Sequence record: SRR31156797_2251
Direction: 5' to 3' (one strand)
DNA: 39,041 nucleotides
Part shown: one piece after another, positions 17,998 through 27,385 of the stretch
Layout of the letters: each line of letters opens with the position of its first letter
Position numbering within the stretch: the stretch's first letter is position 1
Made by a program: the position numbers and the translations under genes
The notes under the pieces: model-generated
The model's database searches: none
What the model saw: the letters and a program-made list of their open reading frames with translations, nothing else
What the model was told of the DNA's origin: nothing

Positions 17998-18392
17998 TTC
18001 TGGTCGATTCATCCGTATGGATCAATTATTTCAACGGAATTCCCACGTGGCAGACAGACTTGCTTGACCATTGCCTTTCAACTACCCCCGTCGTCATGGG
18101 GGATTTAATTCTCGCGGAGCTTCTTCAGGGTTTCAAATCCGATAAAGATTATGAAACCGCCAAGGACTTGCTCAGCGCCCTGCCCTTTCGTCAAATGGGT
18201 GGATACGATGTTGCGGTTCAAAGCGCCCAAAACTACCGAATCCTTCTAAAATCCGGCGTTACGGTCCGGAAAACCATCGATGTAATGATCGCAACCTTTT
18301 GTATCCTGGAAGGGTTACCCCTCCTCCATGATGATCGTGACTTTGAACCGATGGTATCCCATTTCTCCCTGAGGACACCTTCACCACGGTAG
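17994..18392 (+). CDS. vapC: VapC/PIN-domain ribonuclease toxin
   Basis: MILVDSSVWI...ELLQG...KTIDVMIA...LLHDDRDF; all PIN acidic residues present. Confidence 0.93.
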   Translation: MILVDSSVWINYFNGIPTWQTDLLDHCLSTTPVVMGDLILAELLQGFKSDKDYETAKDLLSALPFRQMGGYDVAVQSAQNYRILLKSGVTVRKTIDVMIATFCILEGLPLLHDDRDFEPMVSHFSLRTPSPR

Positions 18393-18843
18393 CTTCGGTG
18401 TATCCCCTTTAATCCTAACACTGTCCATATTTTTGAAAATTCGAATTTACACAGGTTTCCGACCGGGCCGCAAGGAACTGAGCCGGACGGCCCGAATGAT
18501 TTGACGGTCAAACCTCTCCACGTTAATCAGATGAATGGAGGCATCGCGATTCGGCCCAAACGTCCAAAAAATATTTAAGGAGGAATCCTACGATCGGACC
18601 GGGAATCGAAGCTTCATCAACTTGCCCAATCCTCAACCTTTATGACTTTATCTCCAATTTTGATAATTTTAACCTGATTACCATTAAAACGAAATGCTTT
18701 TGTCAACCGAACGGCCTGAGATCTGCCATTTTGAAATAATTTTGCTGTCGCTTCCATGGTATGCCCCTGTTCACAGGAAAATATCTATCAGTATAGACCA
18801 TGAATCAGGAAAGCCAATCAACTTTTTTCGCACCGAATCCCGC

Positions 18844-18900
18844 AAAGATCTATTTTAAAGATCTTGACAAAGAGCTCATTAGAGAGCTATTAAATGATCA
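18844..18900 (+). promoter_or_regulatory. Promoter/operator of the phd-relE module: five spaced palindromic boxes overlapping TTGACA
   Basis: AAAGATCT (18844), AAAGATCT (18857), AAAGAGCT (18869), AGAGAGCT (18881), AATGATCA (18893); period 12-13 bp; TTGACA at 18864. Confidence 0.65.
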
Positions 18901-18936
18901 TATTCGCAATTGAAAATATATTGGGAGAATAGGATA

Positions 18937-19191
18937 ATGTTAGAATCCATTCATGCGGGCAAAACCGCCAGCATCACTGAATTCAAGAAAAATCCCCAGG
19001 CCCTCATCGATGCTGCGGAAGGAGAAGCCATTGCTCTGTTGAATCGAAACAAAACAGCAGCGTACATCGTGCCGCCGGAGGTCTACGAAAGGCTGTTGGA
19101 AATGGCCGAAGACATTGAGTTGGGCAGGATCTATGAAGAACGCAAACATGAGAAAGCCGACGCTGTTGAGGTTTCCATAGATGACCTATAA
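18937..19191 (+). CDS. Phd/YefM (StbD-like) antitoxin
   Basis: ASITEFKKNP...EAIALLNRNKTAAYIVP...YE.L...EVSIDDL; overlaps the toxin start. Confidence 0.92.
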   Translation: MLESIHAGKTASITEFKKNPQALIDAAEGEAIALLNRNKTAAYIVPPEVYERLLEMAEDIELGRIYEERKHEKADAVEVSIDDL

Positions 19192-19480
19192 GCTATTTTT
19201 TTTTAGAAGTGCCCTTAAAGAGTGGCAAAAGCTCGACCCGCACATCCAAAAACAGTTTAAGGCGCACCTGAAAAAAAGGCTTCAAAATCCCCGCGTCAAA
19301 TCAGCAAAACTCAAAGGCTATCCAAATCTCTACAAAATAACACTGAAATCGATGGGTTACAGACTGGCCTACCTTGTGGAAGACAAAAGAATCAGCATAT
19401 ACGTCATCTGCGTCGGCCGCCGGGATAAAATCTATGAAATCCTACCCCGAAGATTGCCGAATGGGGTTGGAAAAAGCTAA
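19181..19480 (+). CDS. relE: RelE/StbE family toxin
   Basis: MTYKLFF...ALKEWQKLD...LYKI.L...GYRLAY.V.D....V..VGRR. Confidence 0.92.
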   Translation: MTYKLFFFRSALKEWQKLDPHIQKQFKAHLKKRLQNPRVKSAKLKGYPNLYKITLKSMGYRLAYLVEDKRISIYVICVGRRDKIYEILPRRLPNGVGKS

Positions 19481-19517
19481 CGCATTACTGAATTTCCGTG
19501 GAAAATGCCGATTCATT

Positions 19518-20648
19518 TCAGAATGCAAACCAGTTTTCGGCGATGGCCCGGTAAAAGTCCACGGACCGGCCGATCTTTTCCACTTGGCAGTATTCATTGG
19601 TCTGGTGGGCCTGGGACGGTTCGCCCGGGCCGAGGATGAGTGTGGGAGGGTTTTTCATGGCGTATGTCAGGACGGAGGCATCGGTGAAGAAATTGACATA
19701 TCCCGGTTCAGGTTTGTTTCCCTGTATGCCCGCCATGATGTCAAACACCTGTGTGATCCAGGGATCGTCTTGGGGCGTCAAAATGCCGGGGAGGTCGAGC
19801 AGGGTTTCCATGGCGATATCCGGCCCCAGATGGGAGGAGATCTCTTCCAGAAGATGGGCGTGTTCCACGCCCGGAACGCTACGCAGATCCACCCGGAAGC
19901 GGGCGGAATCGGGAACCATGTTGATCTTGCTGCCACCCGTAAAGGTCCCCACGTTCACGGTGGGTTTGCCCAGTTGGGGATGACTTCCGGCCGAGGAAAA
20001 GAAATCCTCCAGGCTGGCGGCGGCCCGGGCCGCCTTGTAGATGGCGTTTTCCCCCAGATGCGGCATGGATCCGTGGGCCGATTTTCCTTTTGCCGTGCAC
20101 TCCAGCCAGAAGGCCCCCTTATGGCCCAGAAGGGGGATGTTGCTGGTGGGTTCCGCCACCACAAGGGCGCCGGCTTCATCAGGCAGGACACCGCTCTCTT
20201 TCATCTGAAAGGCGCCCTCGCTCCCCGTTTCCTCCCCCGCGGTGAATACAAAAACAGCCCCGCCCTTCCCTTTGGGTTCCCGGGCCAGGTGAAGGGCCGT
20301 CACGGCCATGGCCGCGACGCCGCTCTTCATATCGCTGGAACCCCGACCCATAAGACGTCCATCCTTGATTTCCGCGCCGTGGGGAGGGTTCTCCCACGGG
20401 GCGTCGCCCACGGGAACCGTGTCCAGATGCCCGGTGAACACCAGTGGCAGCCGAGACGTGTCCCCGGGAACAACGGCAATGAGCCCCGTGCTGTTTTCAC
20501 CGAGCCGGGGGTAGGAGACCTGGAGTCCGGCTTCGGCCAGAAGCGCGCCCAGATATCTGGCCGCGGGCTCCTCGTTGCCGGGAGGGTTGATGGTGTCCAT
20601 CCGGATAAGGTCTCGGGTCAGTTCAACGGGATCGGGAATATCTGTCAT
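19518..20648 (-). CDS. M20 family metallohydrolase (ArgE/DapE-like)
   Basis: GHLDTVP, GRGSSDMKSG, GEE, EP, GKSAHGS.P..G.NAI, AHQTNE; GAGGTG RBS before ATG 20648. Confidence 0.93.
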   Translation of the reverse strand: MTDIPDPVELTRDLIRMDTINPPGNEEPAARYLGALLAEAGLQVSYPRLGENSTGLIAVVPGDTSRLPLVFTGHLDTVPVGDAPWENPPHGAEIKDGRLMGRGSSDMKSGVAAMAVTALHLAREPKGKGGAVFVFTAGEETGSEGAFQMKESGVLPDEAGALVVAEPTSNIPLLGHKGAFWLECTAKGKSAHGSMPHLGENAIYKAARAAASLEDFFSSAGSHPQLGKPTVNVGTFTGGSKINMVPDSARFRVDLRSVPGVEHAHLLEEISSHLGPDIAMETLLDLPGILTPQDDPWITQVFDIMAGIQGNKPEPGYVNFFTDASVLTYAMKNPPTLILGPGEPSQAHQTNEYCQVEKIGRSVDFYRAIAENWFAF

Positions 20649-20671
20649 GTTTTTCACCTCTTGTGGATGTT

Positions 20672-21391
20672 CTATCCGAAATAGGCCTCCTGGACCTCTT
20701 TGTTGTCGCGCAGGTATTGGGCGTCCCCTTCAGCCACTACCCCTCCCTTGGAGAGCACGTAGCCGTAATCCGAAATGGCGAGGGTCTGCCGCACGTTCTG
20801 TTCCACCAGAAAAACCGTGATGTTCTGTTGCCGGATGTCCTGAATGATGCGGAAGTTCTCCTTCACCAGCAGGGGCGACAGTCCCAGGGAGGGCTCATCG
20901 ATAATCAATAATTTGGGCGCCCCCATCAAACCCCGGCCGATGGAGACCATGGCCTGTTCACCGCCGCTCATGGTACCGGCCAGTTGGGAGACACGCTCCT
21001 TCAGACGGGGGAAAATCCGGTAGACTTTTTCCATGCGTGATAGCAGAACCTGCTTATCATCTTCCTGATACCCCCCCAGTAATAGGTTTTCTTCCACGGT
21101 AAGACCGGGAAAGACCTTGCGCCCTTCCGGGATGGAAGCGAGCCCCCGACGGATAATCTTGTGGGTGGGGAGGTGTGTGATATCGGCGCCCGCAAAAACA
21201 ATACGCCCGGTTCTGGGAGGGGTCAACCCCAGGATGGAACGGATGACGGTGGTCTTTCCCGAACCATTGTTCCCAAGGAGACAGGTAATGGTGCCTGTCA
21301 CCACTTCCAGGGAAAGGTTCTCCAGCACATCGGCCCGGTCATAGGCGGTGTAGATGCCCTGAACACTCAATGATGAAACCTTGTTTTCCAT
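20672..21391 (-). CDS. livF: Branched-chain amino acid-type ABC transporter ATPase
   Basis: GNNGSGKT, MSGGEQ, IIDEPSLGLSP, LVEQN. Confidence 0.93.
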   Translation of the reverse strand: MENKVSSLSVQGIYTAYDRADVLENLSLEVVTGTITCLLGNNGSGKTTVIRSILGLTPPRTGRIVFAGADITHLPTHKIIRRGLASIPEGRKVFPGLTVEENLLLGGYQEDDKQVLLSRMEKVYRIFPRLKERVSQLAGTMSGGEQAMVSIGRGLMGAPKLLIIDEPSLGLSPLLVKENFRIIQDIRQQNITVFLVEQNVRQTLAISDYGYVLSKGGVVAEGDAQYLRDNKEVQEAYFG

Positions 21392-22167
21392 CAGTCCACC
21401 CCCAGATAGGCCTGTTGGACCTCCCTGTCGGAGGCAATCTCCCGGTAGGTTCCCTCGCAGATTTTCTTGCCGAAATTGAGCACCGCACAGTAATCGGTAA
21501 TGCGCTCCATAACGGACATTTCGTGTTCAATGATGATGATGGTCAAATCCTCGATTTTTTCCTTGATGTGAAGGATATCATCAATGAGACGGAAGGTTTC
21601 CTCATGGGTCATGCCCGCTGACGGCTCATCCAGGAGCAGAAGTTTCGGATTGGAGATCAGTGCCCTGCAGATCTCGATGCGACGTCGGGAAATCATGGGG
21701 AGGTTGACCACGGGCTCGAAGAGTCTGTCCGCCAGATCAGGGTCGAAGATGGTAATGAGGTCCCGGCTTTTGTCCCGGATCTCCCGGTACTGGGCCGCCA
21801 GGGCCCCCCTTCTGAAAAGGTTGAAAAAGAGGCCGTTATTGAGCCTGCTGTGGTCCCCAAGGGTGATGTTGTCCATGATGCTCAGCGGCAGAAGAAGACG
21901 GGATCGTTGAAAGGTGCGTGCAACACCCGCCCGGTAAACTTTCTGGGGAGAAAAGTCGGTGATGTCCCCTCCCTCGAATGCCACCTTCCCGGATGTGGTG
22001 GGATAGATGCCGGTGACCACATTAAAAAAAGTGGTTTTGCCGCTACCGTTGGGCCCGATGAGGCCGAGAATCCGATTTCGCGCCACATCCAGGTCCAGAT
22101 CCGACAAAGCCGTTACGCCGCCAAATTTTTTTCCGAGTTTTGAGATACCGAGCAATACCTTCTGCAA
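21391..22167 (-). CDS. livG: Branched-chain amino acid-type ABC transporter ATPase
   Basis: GPNGSGKT, ARTFQ, LLLDEPSAG, IEHEM, VQQAYLG. Confidence 0.93.
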   Translation of the reverse strand: MQKVLLGISKLGKKFGGVTALSDLDLDVARNRILGLIGPNGSGKTTFFNVVTGIYPTTSGKVAFEGGDITDFSPQKVYRAGVARTFQRSRLLLPLSIMDNITLGDHSRLNNGLFFNLFRRGALAAQYREIRDKSRDLITIFDPDLADRLFEPVVNLPMISRRRIEICRALISNPKLLLLDEPSAGMTHEETFRLIDDILHIKEKIEDLTIIIIEHEMSVMERITDYCAVLNFGKKICEGTYREIASDREVQQAYLGVD

Positions 22168-22183
22168 TGTGAATCCTTACTTT

Positions 22184-23353
22184 TTAACGATTTTGAGATG
22201 ATTTCAACGTAATATAACTGCGCAGGGGACGCGGCAGCAGACCCTGGGGCCGGAACAGCAGGATGGCGATCACCAAGGCGGAAAACAACAGAAAGCGATA
22301 CTCCTGCAGGACCTGGAATTTTTCAGGAATCAGGATGACAATGACCGTTGCCACCACGGTCCCCCACATGGAACCCAAGCCCCCCAGAATCACAATGGAC
22401 AAAAGGATCAGTGAGTCTCCGAAAGTGAAGTTGGTCGGCGCAATGTACCCGAGCATCATGGCGTAAAAAGCACCCGCCACCCCGCAATAGAAATTTCCGA
22501 TGGTAAAGGCCGTAATCTTCCACCTTGGGATGGATTGTCCGAAACAGGCGCTCACCGTTTCATCCAGACGTACCGCGTCCATGTTGAGGCCTACCCAGGA
22601 ATCCTCCATGCGACGCGCCATAATAAAACCTGAAATGAGCAGCACCAGGATAACGGCGATATATCCCAGATAGAAGCACCCCTCAAGGGAACCGATCACA
22701 ATATCCCGGTTGAAATCCCAGCCGAACAGGTTTAATCCGGCGCTCTTCAACCCCTGGGGCCCGCCCAGGGTGTCGTTCACCTCCAGAAAGGTCTTGAACA
22801 GGAGGGCAAAGGCGATGGTCACCAGGGCCGCGTAGTGCCCCCGGGTCTTAAGCACCGGAATCAAAATAAGAAAGCCCAAAAGCGACGCCATCAAGCCGCC
22901 CAGAAAGAGGACCGCCAGATGCGGCACCATTGTATTTTTGGTGAGGACGGCCGCCGTGTAACACCCGACCCCGAAAAAAGCGGCGCCCGCGAAGTTCAAA
23001 ACGCCCACGAAACCGAATTGGATATTCAAACCCAGACAGGTGAGCACATAGACCAGGACCGTACCCACGAGAAAAAGCACAAAGGGATCATCGTAAAAAT
23101 ATAGGCTCACGGCCAAAACCCCGGCAACCACGGCCATGGCAAAAGCGCGCTGGTTATCCTTTGCGCTCTCCCCCACGGCATCCAGGACCCGCAAATATTT
23201 GAACGCGGTCACGACGAGTCCGGCCCCTAAAAGGAGCCCGAAAATCACCATCTGCGACTCGCCCGCCAGGAAAAATACCATGTAGACGACACCCGCCAAC
23301 ACCGCAAGGAGAGAAGGTAAAAAGGAAGTTCGTTTCCTTGATGACTCAGACAT
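22184..23353 (-). CDS. livM: Branched-chain amino acid-type ABC transporter permease
   Basis: GLNIQFG..G, RGHYAALVT.AF, VILGGLGS, RPQGL. Confidence 0.92.
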   Translation of the reverse strand: MSESSRKRTSFLPSLLAVLAGVVYMVFFLAGESQMVIFGLLLGAGLVVTAFKYLRVLDAVGESAKDNQRAFAMAVVAGVLAVSLYFYDDPFVLFLVGTVLVYVLTCLGLNIQFGFVGVLNFAGAAFFGVGCYTAAVLTKNTMVPHLAVLFLGGLMASLLGFLILIPVLKTRGHYAALVTIAFALLFKTFLEVNDTLGGPQGLKSAGLNLFGWDFNRDIVIGSLEGCFYLGYIAVILVLLISGFIMARRMEDSWVGLNMDAVRLDETVSACFGQSIPRWKITAFTIGNFYCGVAGAFYAMMLGYIAPTNFTFGDSLILLSIVILGGLGSMWGTVVATVIVILIPEKFQVLQEYRFLLFSALVIAILLFRPQGLLPRPLRSYITLKSSQNR

Positions 23354-23357
23354 TCGT

Positions 23358-24278
23358 TTAGACTCTTTCCGTTTCTTTTTCGCCCAGAAGGCCGGTGGGT
23401 TTGATGGCGATCAGGATGATGACCATGCCGAATGCAAAAACATCCTTGTATGCACTGGCGAAAGGCAATGCCGCGGCGCCGATGGTCTGTAGCAGGGCGA
23501 ACAGGAACCCCCCTACGATGGCGCCGTAAATGTTTCCAAAACCGCCGACGGCGGCGGCGGAAAAGCCGATGGCACCCAGGAGCAATCCCATATTAAAGCT
23601 TAATTCATTATAGTACAGGCCGTAGATCACGCCGGCAAAAGCCGCAAGGCCGCTCCCGATGGCAAAGGTGACATACACCACCATGTTGAAATTGATCCCC
23701 ATGATCCGGGCGGTTTCTTCGTCCTGACTCACGGCGCGGATGGCCATCCCCAACTTGCTGCGTTTGATGATGATCTGCACCAGCATGATCATTAAAATGC
23801 CGGCAATGAACATGGCGGCATTGTCAAACCGCAAGGTGAAATGTCCCCAGGAATGACTCCAGTCGGGCAGGAGCGCCGGGAAATGTTTGGGATTGGCGCC
23901 GTCGGGGTAGAACAGGCGGATGGACTCCCTGAGCACGGTCCCCAACATGAGGGTAATCAACAGGGTGTTGAGGGGCGGGGCCCCTTTTAAGGGTATGATC
24001 AAGACTTTGGCAATGACCGCTCCCAAAAAACCGATGGCCGCCATGGAAATCACGGCCACGATCACGAGAATGAACCAGGGGGAGGAAAAGCCAACAAGGG
24101 CAAGGCCTAGATAGGCTGAAAATGCCGTGAAAACGCCCCAGGTCAGCATATCGCCGTGGGAAAATTTGATGACGTCCAGCACACCGAAAAAGAGGGTGAA
24201 CCCCACCGCCACCAAAGAGTATATCAACCCCAGCATGAGTCCGTTTACAATATGCTGGGCTATGAGTCCAATGTCCAT
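23358..24278 (-). CDS. livH: Branched-chain amino acid-type ABC transporter permease
   Basis: NGL.LG.IY.LVAVGFTL.FG....FSHG, G.AIRAV.QD...A..MGIN, KPTGLLG. Confidence 0.93.
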   Translation of the reverse strand: MDIGLIAQHIVNGLMLGLIYSLVAVGFTLFFGVLDVIKFSHGDMLTWGVFTAFSAYLGLALVGFSSPWFILVIVAVISMAAIGFLGAVIAKVLIIPLKGAPPLNTLLITLMLGTVLRESIRLFYPDGANPKHFPALLPDWSHSWGHFTLRFDNAAMFIAGILMIMLVQIIIKRSKLGMAIRAVSQDEETARIMGINFNMVVYVTFAIGSGLAAFAGVIYGLYYNELSFNMGLLLGAIGFSAAAVGGFGNIYGAIVGGFLFALLQTIGAAALPFASAYKDVFAFGMVIILIAIKPTGLLGEKETERV

Positions 24279-24316
24279 GAGGGATTTGTCCGTATGTCAG
24301 GTGGAAAAACCGGCTA

Positions 24317-24345
24317 GGTGGAGCGGGTTGTTTTCCCGCTCCACC
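24317..24345. other. Intercistronic 11-bp hairpin after the binding-protein gene
   Basis: GGTGGAGCGGG-TTGTTTT-CCCGCTCCACC; typical position for an mRNA-stabilising or partial-termination stem. Confidence 0.65.
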
Positions 24346-24357
24346 CATGCGTTGGGG

Positions 24358-25518
24358 TTAGCGTCTTTTGAGCTTGCGCTTGCCGGTAGCATATTCGGAA
24401 TTCTGCCACGGCACCCATTTTCCGTCCTGGACCACATACTTGGTAATGGCCGGGGAAATGTTCTGACCGTGTTCGTCAAAGGTTACGGAACCCACGATGG
24501 CTTCATACCCCTGAATGTTTTCCATGCGCTTCACCACGGCTTTTCGGCTGGGGCCCACCTCTTCAATCACATCCAGAATCAGGTTCATGGCGGCAAAGGC
24601 GAAGGGGCCGAAGGCATCCGGCGCTTCCTTATAGCCTACCTTGTCGTATTCTTCCAGGAACCATTTCCCCCCCGGAAGATTTTCCACGGGCTCCCCTTCC
24701 CTGAAGGCGATGGTCCCTTCGGCAAGGTCACCCGTCCCCGTGATAAAGGCATCGGAAATGATACCCGAGCAACTCTGGAACTGACTGGTGAGGCCCAGTT
24801 TCTCCATCTGCAGCCGGATACGCACGCCCAGGGGCGTAAGCCCTCCGAACCAGATCACGTCGGGATTGAGTTTCTTGGCCTGGGTGAGTTCCGCGGTAAA
24901 ATCCTGCTGATCGGAGGTGACACCGAAACTGCCCAGTATTTTGCCGCCGTTCTGGGTGAGATATTTGGAGAAGTATTCGTTCATCCCCTTGCCGTAGTCG
25001 GTGGTGTCATAGAGATTCACCCAGGTCTTGTATCCCAGGCCCGTGATGAATTTCGCGGCGATATCGTTCTGATTGATCATGGTGCCGTTAATCCGGTGGA
25101 TCTCTTTGTATTTGTTTCCGTAGGTAATCCCCGGATGGACCGCGCCCCAGACCACAATGGGCAGGCCGAATTTGTGGTAAACATCCACGGAGGCCAGCGC
25201 CACCACGGAGCAATAATGTGCCGCGGCGGCGATGATCTTTTTGTTTGCGGCCGCCTTGGTGGCCACCTGCACACCCGAGTTGGGCTTACACTCATCATCG
25301 AGCACCACCAGTTCGTAATGGTATTTGGCCTTGGGGTCCGCGTTTCTCAGCTTCACCGCAAGATCCGCCGAGTTCCTTCCCCCGACGCCGATGGCGGAAA
25401 CACCCCCGGTAAGAGGCCCGATGAAGGCCACTTCAACGGTCTTCTTTGCCAGAACCGGGCCGGCTGTCATCACCAGAAGCAAACCGATCACAATACTTAT
25501 TAAGCTCCTCAATTTCAT
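24358..25518 (-). CDS. livK: Branched-chain amino acid-type ABC transporter substrate-binding protein
   Basis: Signal peptide, GPLTG...G, LDDECKP, HYCS, DYGKG, G.VTFDEHG; strong RBS. Confidence 0.92.
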   Translation of the reverse strand: MKLRSLISIVIGLLLVMTAGPVLAKKTVEVAFIGPLTGGVSAIGVGGRNSADLAVKLRNADPKAKYHYELVVLDDECKPNSGVQVATKAAANKKIIAAAAHYCSVVALASVDVYHKFGLPIVVWGAVHPGITYGNKYKEIHRINGTMINQNDIAAKFITGLGYKTWVNLYDTTDYGKGMNEYFSKYLTQNGGKILGSFGVTSDQQDFTAELTQAKKLNPDVIWFGGLTPLGVRIRLQMEKLGLTSQFQSCSGIISDAFITGTGDLAEGTIAFREGEPVENLPGGKWFLEEYDKVGYKEAPDAFGPFAFAAMNLILDVIEEVGPSRKAVVKRMENIQGYEAIVGSVTFDEHGQNISPAITKYVVQDGKWVPWQNSEYATGKRKLKRR

Positions 25519-25634
25519 CGCAATTTCCTCCTCCTTTTTAGTGGATACTTTGGTTCCTTAACCCGACAAGCCGTTTCCGCAACCAAAAAAATCGGCCTTC
25601 AGTTATCAGCTGAACGGGAGAGTTGAAGGGGACA

Positions 25635-25663
25635 GGTTTATCGATTTAGGGATCTGATGTCAA
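25635..25663 (-). promoter_or_regulatory. Sigma70-like promoter of the liv operon
   Basis: TTGACA-17 bp-TAAACC. Confidence 0.5.
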
Positions 25664-25765
25664 GAAAAAGAGCGGAAACGGAGGAATTCCCATCCGCTTG
25701 TCCCATGGGGCTCACTGTAATCACATCATTTTCATATGAGCGAATCACATCCATCCACTGGGGAA

Positions 25766-26791
25766 CTATTCTAGGGGGGGACATCCGGGCACCCAGTAGG
25801 GTTTTTTGACCTTCCGGTTGAGGCATTTTACAAGGAGTTTTTCATAAGCGGCCGCGGAGTCCAACACAATTTTCCGGGCTTCCTTTGCCCCCAGCCAGAC
25901 CGGATCGGCATGGACCTTTTTGACGGATTCGGGATCGTAAAAGAAATTCTCATTCAGGCCTCTCGCCGTTTTGTAAAATCGCCAGAAAATCCCCCATCGG
26001 TTCTTGATTTCTTGGGGTACATCCGAGATATCTTTTATTTTTTCAGCCCTTGGATCTTTTATATTGATCACATAGATTTTCCAGTCGGTCTCAAGATCGG
26101 TACCGTCAATCATCCCCAGGGCACCGATCACTTTCACCTCATACACCAGTCCCAGAGGGGATGGCGCAGCCCCCACATCAATGACATCGATGGGATCCGT
26201 ATCCCCGGGGAATCCGGTGATGGGATCCTCCTCGAGTTCATTTTCCCAGGTTCGCGGCAAAGCACCATAATTGCCAGGCGCCGGGGACCAGGCATAGTAC
26301 CGGGGACGTTTGAAATTCTGGTTCTTCACCTTTTTGCGGTCCTGCCACATGGGGTTGTGGGGCTCCCATTTGTTCAGTTCAACTTTGGCCTGTGTCCCTC
26401 TGCTAACTTCAAAAAAGGCGTTCACCACAAAACCCTTTTCATCGTCGGAAATGATCAGGGGCACATCGTGCCACAATGAAACCGGCTTTCCATCCTCGGC
26501 CTTCACGGTCCGGGCCCGAAACCCCAGGGTCCCGAAGGAACCCGAAAGCACCCGCCGCAAACCCGGAATCCCTTTAAAGGCCTTACACTGTCCAAAATCG
26601 GCATCGGCGCAGGAATCCAGCTCCCGGCAGGTGCCGTTTGAACTGCAAGGGGGGGCAAAGGCGGTGGCGGTGTTTCCAGGTGAGGATGGCGCATCGGAAA
26701 AAGCGACCCCCGAAAAAGGTAAAATCAGGAAAATTGCCGAGAGAAACATTGCCGGCAAATGAGATGCGGGTGAGCATTTTTTTTCATTCAT
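25766..26791 (-). CDS. ppa: Family I inorganic pyrophosphatase, eukaryote-like long form, with N-terminal signal peptide
   Basis: WHDVPL, FEVSRGTQAKVE, NYGALPRTWE, GDTDPIDV, ETDWKI, WRFYK; hydrophobic N-terminus ending VAFS-D. Confidence 0.88.
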   Translation of the reverse strand: MNEKKCSPASHLPAMFLSAIFLILPFSGVAFSDAPSSPGNTATAFAPPCSSNGTCRELDSCADADFGQCKAFKGIPGLRRVLSGSFGTLGFRARTVKAEDGKPVSLWHDVPLIISDDEKGFVVNAFFEVSRGTQAKVELNKWEPHNPMWQDRKKVKNQNFKRPRYYAWSPAPGNYGALPRTWENELEEDPITGFPGDTDPIDVIDVGAAPSPLGLVYEVKVIGALGMIDGTDLETDWKIYVINIKDPRAEKIKDISDVPQEIKNRWGIFWRFYKTARGLNENFFYDPESVKKVHADPVWLGAKEARKIVLDSAAAYEKLLVKCLNRKVKKPYWVPGCPPLE

Positions 26792-26821
26792 GTCCTTGTA
26801 CCTTCTTTAAATCCTCAAGCA

Positions 26822-27286
26822 TCAAAGATTGCTCCGATGCTCACGACGAATGGATTGAATCACATCATCGAGCCTTTGCAGAAAAATTGACTTGTCACGC
26901 TTTTTAAGCGGTGGTGGTCCACCCGTGACCTCTCCCACGGAACGAAGATCCGACAACAGGTCCCGGATCGCGACGGCCTCACCGATATTGTCTTCCGTAA
27001 AATTCTTCCCGGTTGGACCCATGACACGTGCGCCCGCCTTCACGCAACGGCTCGCAAGGGGAATGTCGGCAGTGACCACGATATCCCGGGGTTGCACATG
27101 TTCAACAATCCAATCATCGGCCGCGTCTAATGCGTCCGCGACCACTTCAAGGGCAATCCATGGTTCATCTGGAACCCGCATCCGGGAGTTGGCCACCAAT
27201 GTAACATGAAGGCCATATCGGCCAGCGACGCGATAGACCTCATGTTTGACCGGGCACGCATCGGCATCTATAAAGATGTGTAACAA
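26822..27286 (-). CDS. yaiI: YaiI/YqxD family protein (UPF0178)
   Basis: IFIDADACPVK, DAADDWI, DIVVTADIPLA, GGPPP. Confidence 0.95.
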   Translation of the reverse strand: MLHIFIDADACPVKHEVYRVAGRYGLHVTLVANSRMRVPDEPWIALEVVADALDAADDWIVEHVQPRDIVVTADIPLASRCVKAGARVMGPTGKNFTEDNIGEAVAIRDLLSDLRSVGEVTGGPPPLKKRDKSIFLQRLDDVIQSIRREHRSNL

Positions 27287-27385
27287 ATAATGATCCTCGC
27301 AAAATGGTTTGGGTGGACCCGAATTACATTTTTAACGACAGAGTCCTTTCCGGTCTGTGGAATGCACCGGTTCGGCGCGCATGGG

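Noticed and set aside
18393-18840. 450-bp spacer after vapC with a CGGGCCG/CGGCCCG stem and a stray AAGGAGG
   Set aside because: No coherent ORF or RNA family identifiable; probably decayed sequence
18844-18900. Short periodic repeats as a CRISPR array
   Set aside because: 8-bp units with 4-5 bp spacers are far too short, and no cas genes are present
19374-25503. Long plus-strand ORFs (19374-20684, 24127-25503) and similar ones opposite the ATPase, bio and kinase genes
   Set aside because: They lie antisense to well-supported genes in GC-rich coding DNA and carry no recognisable motifs
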